This document shows positions 1 through 11,934 of a DNA stretch of 64,000 nucleotides, in pieces (positions within the stretch are counted from its first letter, which is position 1; each line of letters starts with the position of its first letter). A program made the translations under genes and the position numbers. Under the pieces are notes generated by a model. It did not search any database, was not told the origin of the DNA, and saw only the letters and a list, made by a program, of their open reading frames with translations. The stretch comes from Gekko japonicus. Taxonomy: Eukaryota. The stretch is taken from positions 295,917-359,916 of the forward strand of contig NW_015170306.1 of assembly GCF_001447785.1 (NCBI RefSeq). The letters are read 5' to 3'.

Positions 1-2110
1 AAATAAAATATGGGGGAGGGTCTCAATTGACTCAGAGGGGCATGAGCAAAGTCTCAAATGCCTTGGGATACGTTGGAATCTTCCAGAAAGAACTGCCGAT
101 GGAAAAGCATCAAATCTGGCTCTGGAGAAAGCCCATCTATGGTTTGGGTTGGCATAGCCCTGGCATAGCCGCTTTCCAGAAGTTGGTACGGGTCTAATCC
201 TAATGTTCTCAATTTGTTAGTGGCTCTGGTGGACCACTGGGGATAAGGAGATGCGGCCAATAGGAGTGGAAATAGCCCAGCGGGGAAAAGGTGGACTTTC
301 AGCCAGAAGCAGAGAGAATGCAACCATATATTTAGTTCGACTGTACCAGCTTCTTGTCTCAAAGTGACATTGGAAGTACATCTTGGAGTGTTAAATAGAG
401 ATCTCAGGAATTTTGATTGGACTTGTTCTAGCGCCTGAAGATTGGTAAATCGCATAATTTGTGTCCCATATCTCATTTGGGCTAAAACTTTAGCAGAACC
501 AGCTTCTTGTCTCAAAGTGACATTGGAAGTACATCTTGGAGTGTTAAATAGAGATCTCAGGAATTTTGATTGGACTTGTTCTAGCGCCTGAAGATTGGTA
601 AATCGCATAATTTGTGTCCCATATCTCATTTGGGCTAAAACTTTAGCAGAAAAAAGTTTCAAGGCGGCTGGAATAAAGTGTGCACCATCCTTTCTGAAGA
701 ATTTTAGTATAGCAGAAGCAGTTCTTTCCGCCGAAATAGCCACTGATTTGATGTGAGCTGCTGGGTTACCATTATATGCAAATGTAACCCCCAAGTATTT
801 AAAAAACTTTACCTGCTCGACATCATTCCCATTTACTTTCCAGGTGTATTTTTTTAGCCTCTGATTGAAATACATTATTTTTGTTTTGGAGAAGTTAATT
901 GATAGCAGATTTTCCTGGCAGTGGCTAGAGAAAGATGTAAGTGCTCGCTTATTCTGGTTTAGACTTATTCTGGTCAGAGATAAAAGAACTGTGTCATCTG
1001 CATACATAAGAACAGGTTCCTTATATTCGAAGTTGAGTTTGGGTGCGTGAACATAGATGGTACGCAAATCGGATATAAGAGAGTTCACATAGAAATTAAA
1101 CAAAAATGGGGCTAATGGACAGCCCTGTCTAACACCCCTCCTCAGCTGAATGGGTTTGGATAGTCTGCCGTCCGAGGTATATTTTACCTGAAGAGTGTTA
1201 TTACTATGGAGATTTATTATCAGATGGAGAAGCCTTTTGTCTATGGTGGTAGAGCTCAATTTTGACCATAATGTCACGCGGTCGATTGAATCAAAAGCTG
1301 CCTTCATATCGACGAAGGCGGCAAAAAGGGTTCCTTTTTGATGTTGTGTATGTTTAAATATTAGATAGTCCAACACCAGACAATGATCTAGAGTTGAATG
1401 ACCGTGACTAAAACCCGCTTGTTCAAGCGCATAATTTAAGGCAAAGATATTGGGAATATAGCTTACAGATAATGTTTAACAGACTAATTGGTCTGTAGTT
1501 GTTTGGGTCCGATCTATTACCTTTCTTGTATATAGGGATTATTATGGAGAGACCCCATTCAGCTGGAATTTGGCCAGATTGGTCTATATAAGTGAAAAGA
1601 TTGGCCAAAATTGGGGCCCACCAATCAAGATTGGCCTTTAAAGCTTCTGCAGTGATAAAGTCACTGCCTGGAGCTTTGCCTTTTTTCAAGTTCTTAATTA
1701 GATGTTCCATTTCCTGTGCAGAAACTGGGTCCCAGGAGGAGATGTTCTCGAGAGGAGTGGTAATAAACGGAACAGAGTGATAGGCACTGAATAGAGTCGA
1801 ATAATGGTTTTCCCAGAGTTTTGGTGGTATCTTACTGGCTGGTATATTGCCAAGTTGTCTGTTGGAATTCGAAACCAGTTTCCAGAATTCTCTGCTATCT
1901 TTTGCGTTGGCGGCTTTAATCAAGGCCTGCCATTTGTTTTGAGAGTCAACTAACTTTTTGGCTCTCAAAATTGCCTTATATTCTTTTTTCTTCTTTTGAA
2001 TTTCAGCTGCTGAAATGGAATTTGGGGTGCTTTGAAAAGCCTTGAAGGCCCTAATTAGGCTTACCTTGGCCTGCCTACAATCCTTATCGAACCAGCTATT
2101 GGAATAAGAG
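1..2110 (-). mobile_element. RTE-X-like non-LTR retrotransposon, inverted segment (linker + RT), continues left of the window
   Basis: ORFs 1423..2208 and 54..1376 contain WFDKDC, KAPGSD, NYRPISLL, FVDMKAAFDS, GVRQGCPLAPFLF, YADD and FKYLG; stop at ~1423. Confidence 0.85.
345..650. repeat. 153-bp in-frame tandem duplication inside the RTE-X ORF
   Basis: 345-497 matches 498-650; the peptide SAKVLAQ...LRQEAG occurs twice. Confidence 0.95.
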
Positions 2111-2340
2111 CTCCTTACTTTAAGCAGCCTGATGGATTGCCCTGATGTGCTTAAGGTACACAGACTTCTGAATGACTTCTCTTCTGACATCACTGAGAAG
2201 GTGGCCAAGTTTCTCCACTCTGCTTAAAACTGTGTCAAAGGATCGTAAAGACATAGTATTTTTGTAGGTATGTTTTTATTCTGCTTTAAATTGTATTATC
2301 TGTATTGACAATAAAGGCTAACTTGAACTAATTTAACAAT
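2111..2340 (+). mobile_element. Non-inverted 3' end of the same RTE-X-like LINE
   Basis: + frame reads RLLNDFSSDITEKVAKFLHSA*, similar to RYLLADESLEITAQIAEFLTKIL of the copy at ~53030; both are followed by CAATAAAGG. Confidence 0.7.
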
Positions 2341-2906
2341 ATGTATTCCAAAGTACAGTACACTGTGCCTAACCCACCACTTGCAGGGTAAGGCATGATA
2401 TAAACATGACGGGATGTTTGAAATGGTTTCCAGAACAGAGTTTTTTCTAATGCCTCACTTTCCAGAAAGCCTTTGAACGAATAAAAAAATAACACACACA
2501 CACAAAACCCAGGTATCTTAAGCCCAGCAAATGACAAAAAAGTTAAGAGAGAAGTATAAAAATAACATGGCATATTAGCATAGCACACTCAGGCCTGGGG
2601 GGGGGGGCGGTGAAAAAAATTCAGGACCTGATAATAAACCAGGGCTCTTCAATCATTACAGCCCACCTTCCAAGCCCTGAAGTTATAAATCTATGCATCC
2701 CTAGCTTATAAAAAATATGAGGTAGCCTTTTACTGTGCCAACCAATGGTCCATGAAGCTCAGTATTTGTGGTTCTGACTGGTAGTGGATTTTTCCCCTAG
2801 AAGCCTTTGCCAAAAGCCCTTTTCACTAGAGATGAGAGGACTGGAGTTCTTCATGCTAAGTAGATGTTGTTCTCTCCTTTCTCTTCAAGGTTATTATCTA
2901 TGGTTT

Positions 2907-3254
2907 CAAAGGCAAAGGTTCCCTTGCTCGAAAGCCAGTCAAATCTGACTAGGGTTGTGGTGCTCATCTCCATTTCAAAGCCGAAGAGCCAGCGCTGTCC
3001 GAAGACATTTTTGTGGTCATGTGGCCGGCATGACTAAACACCAAGGCGCACAGAACGCTGTTACCTTCCCACCGAAGTGGTACCTATTTATCCACTTGCA
3101 ATTTCTTGCTTTCGAACTGCTAGGTTGGCAGGAGCTGGAACTAGAGACAGGCGCTCACTCTGTTATGCGGCACACTCGGGTCTCAAACTGCTGAACTACC
3201 GACCTTCCACAGCCTGCAGTTCAGCATCTTAACCACTTGAGCCACCGCAGCTCC
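2907..3254 (-). mobile_element. Sauria SINE, full length
   Basis: tRNA-like head GGAGCTGCGGTGGCTCAAGTGGTTAAG, ACCTTT-type tail, 11-bp TSD ATCTATGGTTT (2896-2906 / 3255-3265). Confidence 0.9.
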
Positions 3255-4063
3255 ATCTATGGTTTTACTAGCTTCTATATCCTTTGTACACATTGTGTTG
3301 TGAGTCACTATAGGGTTTTAGTTTTTTGGAAGAAGGTTCTCTCTTTTCTGTAAGCATCCCTTTAATTTTTTAAAAAAATGCAAACTCCAATGGTTTTTGT
3401 TCCAGGTAGGCAAGAGGCTTGTAAAACAAAAACAAGAACAAAAAGTGAAGAGCACTCAGAGGTTGATTTCACAAGGGTAGCTGGCTATTCATTAGAAAAA
3501 TATATTTATAGCCTGCTCCCAATGCACACATGTATTAATTTAGTCACACATTTTTGCTGTTGCTTGCTAAACAAGCAATGGAGTTGTATCAAATGCCTAT
3601 CAGTTAAATCCCAAAGGGCCTCCGACTTGAATTCTATCCAATATCTTAAGCATCCTACCAAAATTATTGTTTATGATCTTGAAGCTGTTTGTTTCCTATA
3701 AACAAAAACTGTTTGAAAAGGAAACAAATAAAAATTATAAAAGCTCAGCTCTGGTGCAAAGGTTACTTTGTGTAAATAGCCTCTACATCTGCTAACACCT
3801 TAAAATGTAGTTTGGAGGAGGGGTGTGTGTGCACAGCCAGATTTATTCATTTAAGTATTTTGTTTATTTCATTTATAACCTCTGCTTTCATTTATAACCT
3901 GTACTTCCTCCAAGGAATTCTGAACAACATATATGATATATGATAAGGTTGATAGGCAGGGCCTGGCAACAGGCAGGAGGGTTGGGGGAGGCACAACACC
4001 TCAAGAGATTATTTTAAAAAATACAGCTTTTGGTACTTATCAGAATGTGATACAGGAAGTTAA

Positions 4064-4565
4064 AGGGAGCGGTGGCACAGGCGGTTAAATGCCTGTTAAC
4101 AGTAACAACTAGAACAGTCACTATGGCTGTTCAAGAATCCACCGCGGCCAGGGTCAGCGCCTGGTCCCGAGTCCCAGCTCCCGCCCACCCAGCGGCCCGA
4201 AAGCAATTAAAAATCAAATGCGAGTAGGCAAATGGGTACCCACCCTTAGTAGGGTGGGGGCACCTGCCTCTGTAACGAGGTGTGCGGTGGTCGCAGTAGC
4301 GTGCGGCGAAAAAAATCAATGGCGGCGGCGGCGGAGCCTGGGATGGCGTGGTGCGGAGGTGCGGAGAAACATCGGGAGAGCGACCCCTGGCGGCGGAAGA
4401 CTGCAGTGGAGTCCGGCAATGGTGCACGATGACGTGTACTGCGAGCGCGGCGGAGCCGGTCAGGACAGAGCCGAGGCTGAGCGGGTACGAAGGCGTGCGC
4501 CGAGAAGGCGGTCCCACCAAGGAAAGCAGCCGACCAGTGGGACAAAGATGCCAGGAAGCCGCAAA
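4064..4565 (+). mobile_element. Diverged, GC/CpG-rich Sauria-SINE-related element
   Basis: Head GGAGCGGTGGCACAGGCGGTTAA; core CCCAGCTCC...CGAAAGCA...GAGTAG..AAAT.GGTACC aligns to the other Sauria copies. Confidence 0.6.
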
Positions 4566-5077
4566 TACATGTATATTTTTGTATGTTTCATAATTCGATT
4601 TTTAGAGTTGGCCCTCTTCTATTCTTGACTAACCTTTTTAGGTTCTGAAAGCTATGGTGAAACCATAGAGTTTCTGGCAGTTCCTAGAGCTACCACTGCT
4701 ATTTCCTGTATCAATTTCAAGTAAATATACAAGGAAGCCATTTTCCCCTTAATTTTTATTCCAGAGGGTGGGGGGGGGCAGTTTGGGGCTGGCAGTCCAA
4801 ATACATGGGGTTATCCATACATTCAACAATTAATATCTCAAAATATTTTTGCCTCATACTTCTATTCAGAACTGAAAGGTAAATTAATATACAACACGAA
4901 ATAAAACACAGTTTAAAAGCCATGACAAAACATATAGGTGGCACTTGGGGGCAGATATTTTGGATTTAGAAGTCATACTAGGCATGCTCCCAGGAAAGAT
5001 GTGTGGGGCTTGTGATTTCCTAAGATGTCTTCAGTAAAACCACAGCTTTCCCCTCCCCTTGACTTGGCCATGTTGCC

Positions 5078-5702
5078 TCATAGGCTCATAGAGTTGGAAA
5101 GGGCCATACAGGAGATCTAGTCCAACCCCCTGCCATCTAGTCCAACCCCCTGCTCAATCAGCCTAGAGCATCCCTGACAAGTGTTTGTCCAGCCGCTGCT
5201 TAAAGACTGCCAATGAAGGGGAGCTTACCACCTCCCTGTTGAACAACTCGTAGTGTAAAAAAGTTTTCCCTAATATCCAGCCGGTACCTTCCCACCCTTA
5301 ATTTCAACCCTTTATGGCAAGTCCTCTCCTCTGCTGCCAACAAGAACAGCTCCCTGCCCTCCTCTAAGTGATAGCTCTTCAAATACTTCAAGAAGGCAAT
5401 CATGCCCCCTCCCTCAACCTCCTCTTCTCCAGACTGAACATTCCCAAGTCCCTCAGCCTTTCCTCACAGGGCTTGGTCTCCAGGCCCATGATCATCCTCA
5501 TTGCTCTCCTGTGCACCCACTTCATTCTGTCCACATCCTTTTTGAAATGAGGCCTCCAAAACTGCACACAAGACTCCAGGTGCAGCCTGACCGATGCAGT
5601 GTACAGTGGGACTATCACATCTTGTGATTTGGATGTTACGCCTCTGTTGATACATCTGAAGATCGCATTAGCCTTTTTTGTTGCTGCATCACACTGGCTG
5701 CT
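5078..5702 (-). mobile_element. CR1 LINE 3' fragment
   Basis: SQCDAATKKANAIFRCI, VQFWRPHFKKD, FSLEKRRLR; 3' tail CCAACTCTATG. Confidence 0.9.
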
Positions 5703-5979
5703 TTCAACATTACACCTTTTTTTAAAAAAAATTCTCACATGAGAATCACTTAAATATATGTTTACATTTTATTACATATCCCATGGAGACTATAATATGA
5801 CAAGGACTTCAGTGGTTTTGCTTTTCAGAAGCTATAAAATAGCACTATACAGAAAACGTAACCTACTATCAGCTTTTTTCCCCTGCTGAATTTCTACCTG
5901 CTGCATTACTACTTAAAACCCAGGAATCCCTGCATGTATTCTTATGTATAAAATGGGGGGAAATTATGTTATAGCAGTG

Positions 5980-6398
5980 TGTCAGCCTCGCTGACTCGTT
6001 TGCCCTGTATTTGGGGAAATTCCAGGGGAGGGGGGGGTGAGAATGTGTGAGAGTGAGAATGGCTTTATTGTAGGGCAATACCTCTCATGTAACTTCTTGG
6101 TGATACCCTCCTCTCCCAGGGATGCTGGCCAGATGGCCTGGGTCGGTCTCTCTGTCTCCCTGCTTGCCGCCTTAGCTAACAAACGGATGATTTACAGGTG
6201 TGTGGGGGGGACTAGGGGCGTGCTAGCTCGGAGGGAATGAAGGGTTCAGTGTTTGAACCAGGTGTATAAATGAGGGTTTTCGTGCCAGAATATCAGTTCT
6301 GACTCAAGGATGTTCTTAGCTGGAACATCTTTATTCTTCAATAAGCAAATCACCTTCAGTGAGTGCTGTTGAGAGTAACTTTGTCCAGGAGGCCGACA
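5980..6398 (+). mobile_element. Probable solo LTR
   Basis: TGTCAGCCTC...GAGGCCGACA termini, GTATAAAT at ~6264, flanks CAGTG / CACTG. Confidence 0.55.
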
Positions 6399-6634
6399 CA
6401 CTGCTTATCACATCAGAGTAGGATAGAATAGATTGGTTGCCAGCTGGCTGGAAAAAAATATCTTGTCTCTTTAATACATATTTTATTCGATTTTTATCTC
6501 ACCCCTTCCCTACAATGGGGGAGTTTTAATAAAGGCTTAATAGGGTCTTCTTTATTTCCATGCCATTAAACTCCTCAGTGGCTCATTTCCACCCATAAAC
6601 CTCTGTTAAAGGGACAGGACTCCCCCCCTTTTTA

Positions 6635-6636
<2 letters not shown>

Positions 6637-6673
<37 letters not shown>
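6637..6673. repeat. (GT)n microsatellite
   Basis: Pure GT run. Confidence 0.95.
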
Positions 6674-6675
<2 letters not shown>

Positions 6676-6704
6676 TTAGTCAACTATTTTTAATCAGGTG
6701 TGTC

Positions 6705-7114
6705 CAGGGGTCATTTCATAGAAAAAGAGGTGCAGGAGCTCATTAGCATAACTTATTAGCATACCTTATTTGCATATGCCACACACCCTGACATCACCGG
6801 AAGTGTGTCAGAAGGCAGCACCCACCGCTCAGGCTTCACTGGACTGTTTTGGATGGCTAGCTATCCAAATGTACAAATCTGTCCTCGCAGAGGAGGGAGA
6901 GCTTGTACCTGAATAAAACTTGGTCTTAAAGGTGCCACTGGACTGTTTTGGACCAGGGAGCCGGGGGTGGGGGCTCTGCAACTTACCTGGCTGCTTCTTG
7001 CTCTGACTGAGGGCTGCTGGAAGCAGGGGGTGGGGCTTGTTGCATGTGCCCGCCCCCTGGGATCTTTACTGCCGGAGCTCCGCTCCTGTGCGCTCCTGCA
7101 GGAAATGACCCCTG
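6705..7114. mobile_element. Non-autonomous hAT-type MITE
   Basis: TIR CAGGGGTCATTTC / GAAATGACCCCTG; perfect 8-bp TSD GGTGTGTC. Confidence 0.9.
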
Positions 7115-7939
7115 GGTGTGTCCAGTATTTTTTACTGACCCCATCTGGAAACCCTCATTGCTGTAGCACTGCACCCCGCCCAGAACTGGCAGAGCTGACA
7201 ACGTATTTCATACCTGCCTCCATGGCGAGCTATGGCTCCTGCACCAGAAAATGTGGGACTGAACAAGATCTTCAAAGGTAGGCCTTACGCCACCATTGCC
7301 TCTGTCAACAAACATGGCCTTTGGGTTGAATGGAAGGGCTGAGGAAGGGTCCATTAATCATTGAGGCTACACAGGGAACAGATTCAGACCTAGGGCTGGA
7401 TCCAGACTAAACTTTGCATCAGTGGAATGAATCCCCCCCCCCATATAGCCTACTAGGGTTACCAGTTCCCCCCTGGCCAATGGACGCGGGTAGGGATTGC
7501 CAAAACTCTTGGGTATTTGAGGATGGAGCCTGGGGAGGGCCTGGATCTCAGTGGGGTCCAATGCCAGCGAGATCACCCTGATCTCATAGTTTGAAGATAT
7601 GCTGTAATTCTGGGGGGTTCCGGGTTTGCAGCTGGAGGCTGGCATCTCTACAGCCTACTGATGTCCACAAAACTTTGCTCCTGGAGGGATAGAGGAGCAG
7701 GGGGAATAACAGGATAGAGGCTCTGCAGCAGGAAAAGGGAATCAGTGGATAAAGCCAGGTTAGTCTGCACTCAATCCAAAACCTGTTTTCTACAGACCAA
7801 ATTTTCACCTGTGCTTACCAAAATGAAGGGGAAGTTGGGTGGGGTACCAGGAAGTGAGGAGTGAATGGGGAAGGGGCAGGGCTGAAGAAAGGGAGATGGC
7901 TGGGGTNNNNNNNNNNNNNNNNNAGGTGATGCTCCCAAC

Positions 7940-8252
7940 CAGGGCTGTTTTTGGGCAGGAACGCACAGGAATGGAGTTCCATCTGGCTTCAGAGTTGGCC
8001 ACGCCCACTACAGCCAAAACCTCTGCGTGCCTGGCTACAGAGGGAAGGCCTGGAGGGCGACACACACACCCCTGGCGACTGCCTTCCCTTCAAGGGGGGG
8101 GGCTTGCCCAGGCTCTCGGCAGCCACGGGGCGCCAGGCAAGCCAAGGGAAGGCATGGGGGTGTGGCCTAATATGCTCATGAGTTTCTGCTGTTGGGTGTG
8201 GCCTATTATGCTAATGAGTTCCTGCTGGGCTTTTTCTACAAAGAAAGCCCTG
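7940..8252. mobile_element. Non-autonomous hAT-type MITE, same group
   Basis: CAGGGCT...AGCCCTG termini; perfect 8-bp TSD CTCCCAAC. Confidence 0.9.
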
Positions 8253-9744
8253 CTCCCAACACCCATAAACTGTTGAATACTTTTCGTGTGTTAGTTCCTA
8301 AGAAAACAGTAAAATCGTCACTATTTTCTGCCTGTTTTATGTCATCCCTTTATCATTTCTATGTCTCATTATTGTGGTCTCCAAAAAGAAAAAAAGAAAT
8401 GTGAATGTGTGATCACTCAGGGAGAGACATTTTCCTAGTTTCTGAAAGCAAGAGCAATTTTTCTGGTTAAATTTTAAAGAGACAATAGACATTAATCTAC
8501 AGGCTTTGTCATAACAAGTTTGCGCAAATTTATAGACAGACTTCTTTTTTCACTATTATGATTTGCTTTCCTAAATCTTCAAAGTGCTGTTTGATATTTT
8601 GTCAAAAAAAATTACAGAATACAAAAGAAATTTCAAACTTTGCATTTGAAAGAAATGCTTCTGCCACTTGATGAAAAAGGTAGTTTTCTGTCTTGACAAT
8701 TAGGCTGCCTGAATTATTCTGCTTCTCCCCACACAACCCAAAGTGTGGGGATAAGATGCATCTCTGGATTTTTTATGAGATGGTAGCATGGTGGAAAGAA
8801 TCATGAGTCACTTCCTGAATCCCCCACCCGTTTCTGTCACTACAGCCCCTCCCTTGTAACCTCTGGGAATGTAGCATCCTTTTTTTCTTAATGCCTTTGA
8901 ACAAGTACTGTAAGGTCTTTGTGGCCCTTTTTGCACAGGTGTTTTGCCTCACTTTCACCATGCATATCTGTGAGGTTTTCTTTTTCATTCTGCTCCATTC
9001 AGCATTCAGTTCGCTTTCCATTCACTGTTTCCCTGGGTTTTATGAGATTGGTTTTATGGCAGTTTTTTCCTTGTTTCGCTTCCAAGCTGAAGGTAAGTCA
9101 AAAGCATACAGATTCCCTTGGATTCCCCACTACCACCCTGTCCCCACCCCTAATAGGCCGCTCCCCATCTACATTTTATTTTTCCCCCAAGCGGCATGAG
9201 TCTAGTAATAGGAAACCATCACTAGTCTCATGCTGCCTCTTGTAAAAAAAAAAACAAATGAGAAGGCAGCAGAGAGTCCAGAGTATTTATTTTGGGCTGC
9301 ACTTGTGTGTATTGCAGGCACATAATCTGGAGTCAAGCTTAAAGCCTTGACTGCTCCGATTCTCTGCAGTGGGCTGTGCATGCATAAAGGGCCTGTGAAT
9401 CTTGAGTCTCGTGTTTGTCTAATCCCTTTTAAAAACAGATTTTTCAAACCAGTCAAAAGAGCCCAAGTCAATCAATAGCTGTCTTGATAGCTTTGTAGAA
9501 CACACAGACTTCAGAGCCTTTGCCAGGGAAAAACATGAAATTATCATCCATTTCAAGCATCTCTTTGGGGTCCACTCCCAGTGTTCTATCCCCACCTGGG
9601 GGGGGGAGGTTTCAGCGCAAAGCATGGGCAAGGGTCCATTGTCCCTTGCATCTGCCAGTGTTCTTCTTTGAATGCTCTGAGCTTCCCACCTAATTAAACA
9701 CTGGCACAACAAAGCAAAATTTTAATTGCCTGTTGTTGAATAGG

Positions 9745-10140
9745 TAAGGAACGCGAGGTATAACTTGATGAGGTCCAAATCTTTCCCCATTGATAAGTAG
9801 TAAGATTTATACCCAGATCTTTTTGTCATGCCACCTAGTATGATGTTAAAGAGAGTTTTGTATCCAGTAATAAAGCTTTATAAAGCGTTGAAATTAGGCC
9901 TTTTAAGCAAAGAGATTAGAGTTCATACCGCATTCCAAACTTGTAAGAGGTCTATTCAAACTTTCCCGTAAAGTAGGAGAGTGAAACAAATGGGAAATTT
10001 GAAGATATTAGACCAGAATCACATGATTGTTCCAAAGTTGCTTTCTCTCTAAGTCGTTCATTGGAAGAGATAGCTATACAATGAGTTAGATTAGCGGAGC
10101 GCCGGAGAAAATAAGCATGTGGTGACAATCCAGGTTGGAA
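9745..10140 (-). mobile_element. L1 ORF2 C-terminal fragment, degenerate
   Basis: KGLISTLYKALL...QKDLGINLTTYQWGKIW resembles KRLIAKVYNILL...HRDLGRELTQDQ*RKIW of the L1 at ~26600. Confidence 0.7.
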
Positions 10141-10715
10141 CCCACGCATCGGGCCGGTCACACGCTCGATTTGATCTTTGCGGCAGGGTTGACGGTGGAC
10201 CGGATTACTGCAGAAGCAGTACCATGGTCGGACCACTATGCACTGAAGGCCTGTCTGAATGTGCCACCCCGACCCCGTTTAGGCGGCGAGCAGATTTTGG
10301 CTCACCCGAGGAGCCAAATGGACCCAATTCAGCTTCAGATGGCCCTACGGGATCCGAGACCCCCCTGGCGGCTCATTGGATGAGCTTGTGGAGGACTGGC
10401 ATGACCGACTCTCTGCAGCCATTGACAAGATCACTCCCAGGCGCCCTCTCCGCACCCGCTCTAGGCTGGCGCCCTGGTATTCCCAGGAGCTACGGCTGAT
10501 GAAGCGGGAACTGAGACGGTTAGAGAGACGGTGGCGCCGCGCTCGTGACGAGGCATCAAGAGCATCCTATAGGATGTTTATGAGATCCTATGAGGTGGCA
10601 GTCAAGGCCACAAAGATTGTGTTTGCGAGCTCACGCCCAGCCCAATTATTTAGAACAATTCAGTCGTTGACAGCTCTGCCACAGGGCAGGCGAAATGCTA
10701 GGGAATTGGATATTG
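10139..10715 (+). mobile_element. L2-clade LINE internal fragment (end of endonuclease + linker)
   Basis: PTHRAGHTLDL, WSDHY, APWYSQELRLMKRELRRLERRW. Confidence 0.85.
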
Positions 10716-11934
10716 TGTATGTGCATACATAATGGGCCAACATAACCAATGACCTCCTCCATTACATATTTGTGCCCCACCCCTAGAGGAGGCAGAATCC
10801 AATCAGGTTGCCATCTAGGTTTGCCAGGTTCCCACAGCTAGTGGCAGGGGATGGAGGGTTAGGGTTGCCAAATCTAGTCTGGGAAACGTGAAGATTTTGG
10901 GGATGGAGCCTGGGTAAGACAGGATATAATGCCATAGAGTCCACCCTTGTTCCCAGACAGTGAAGGTAGCATTGCTATAGTCTTACATTGTTACTGATAA
11001 ACTAAACAAAGAATCACAAGGCACAAACAAACATTATTCTTCTATTGTACTCTTTGAAGACCCCCTCTCTTTAGAATGTACTGAACCATCTATATTTTAA
11101 GACTAGAAGGTTACTTGTAGGAGACAAAGGCCTTTCTACCAGAACAAGAGGGTCTGTTTAACACAAGAGATACAAAGGTAAATAGGACCCAGCAATTTAA
11201 GTCAAACAAACAAAAAACACATTGCTGAACAAGTTCACAGTATAATGAATTAACAATGAAGATACTGCTTTAATTGTTGTTTTGTTTCAACAGCTGAATA
11301 CATCAAGAGACCGAAGTCTCAGCACAAGCAGGACGAACTTTCCCAGGCTTGACTGTCAGTTTCAACTTTGCATCTTTATCAAACGTCCTAACAAAAATAA
11401 AACAATTTGATAATAGGGGAAGCCAACTCTAGAGGAAGTCCATTTACACAATTTTACAATAAAGAAGTTTTTGATACATACAGTTTGTAGTTGTTTGTCT
11501 TCAGTACAAGGTTTTCAACAATGTGTGCATAGTTTCTATAAATATAAATGTAAAAAATAAGTAACTTCATCACATTTCCTAATACAAGTGAGTACAAAAA
11601 GTGAGTAGCTTCATCACATTTACCAATACAAGCATCACATGTTCTATTACATACATTTCATATATAAATACATGGTTCATCATTACAAGTTACCAAAATA
11701 CAGACTATATATAAATAAATCATGAAAACAATGAGCTGCTGTCTTACCAAAGGTGGCTACTTCAAGCTCTCACAATCAACAATTCCCTTCTGGATAATGC
11801 ATCAAGTAAGTGTTACAGGACCTTCAATATACAGTCAAGAGGACATCACGTGTTAGGGCAGCAAAGGAGGTCAACATATTATGCTCCCATGCAGCCTAAG
11901 TTACTCTATCTAATCAGAAGTTATGCAAGTTATG

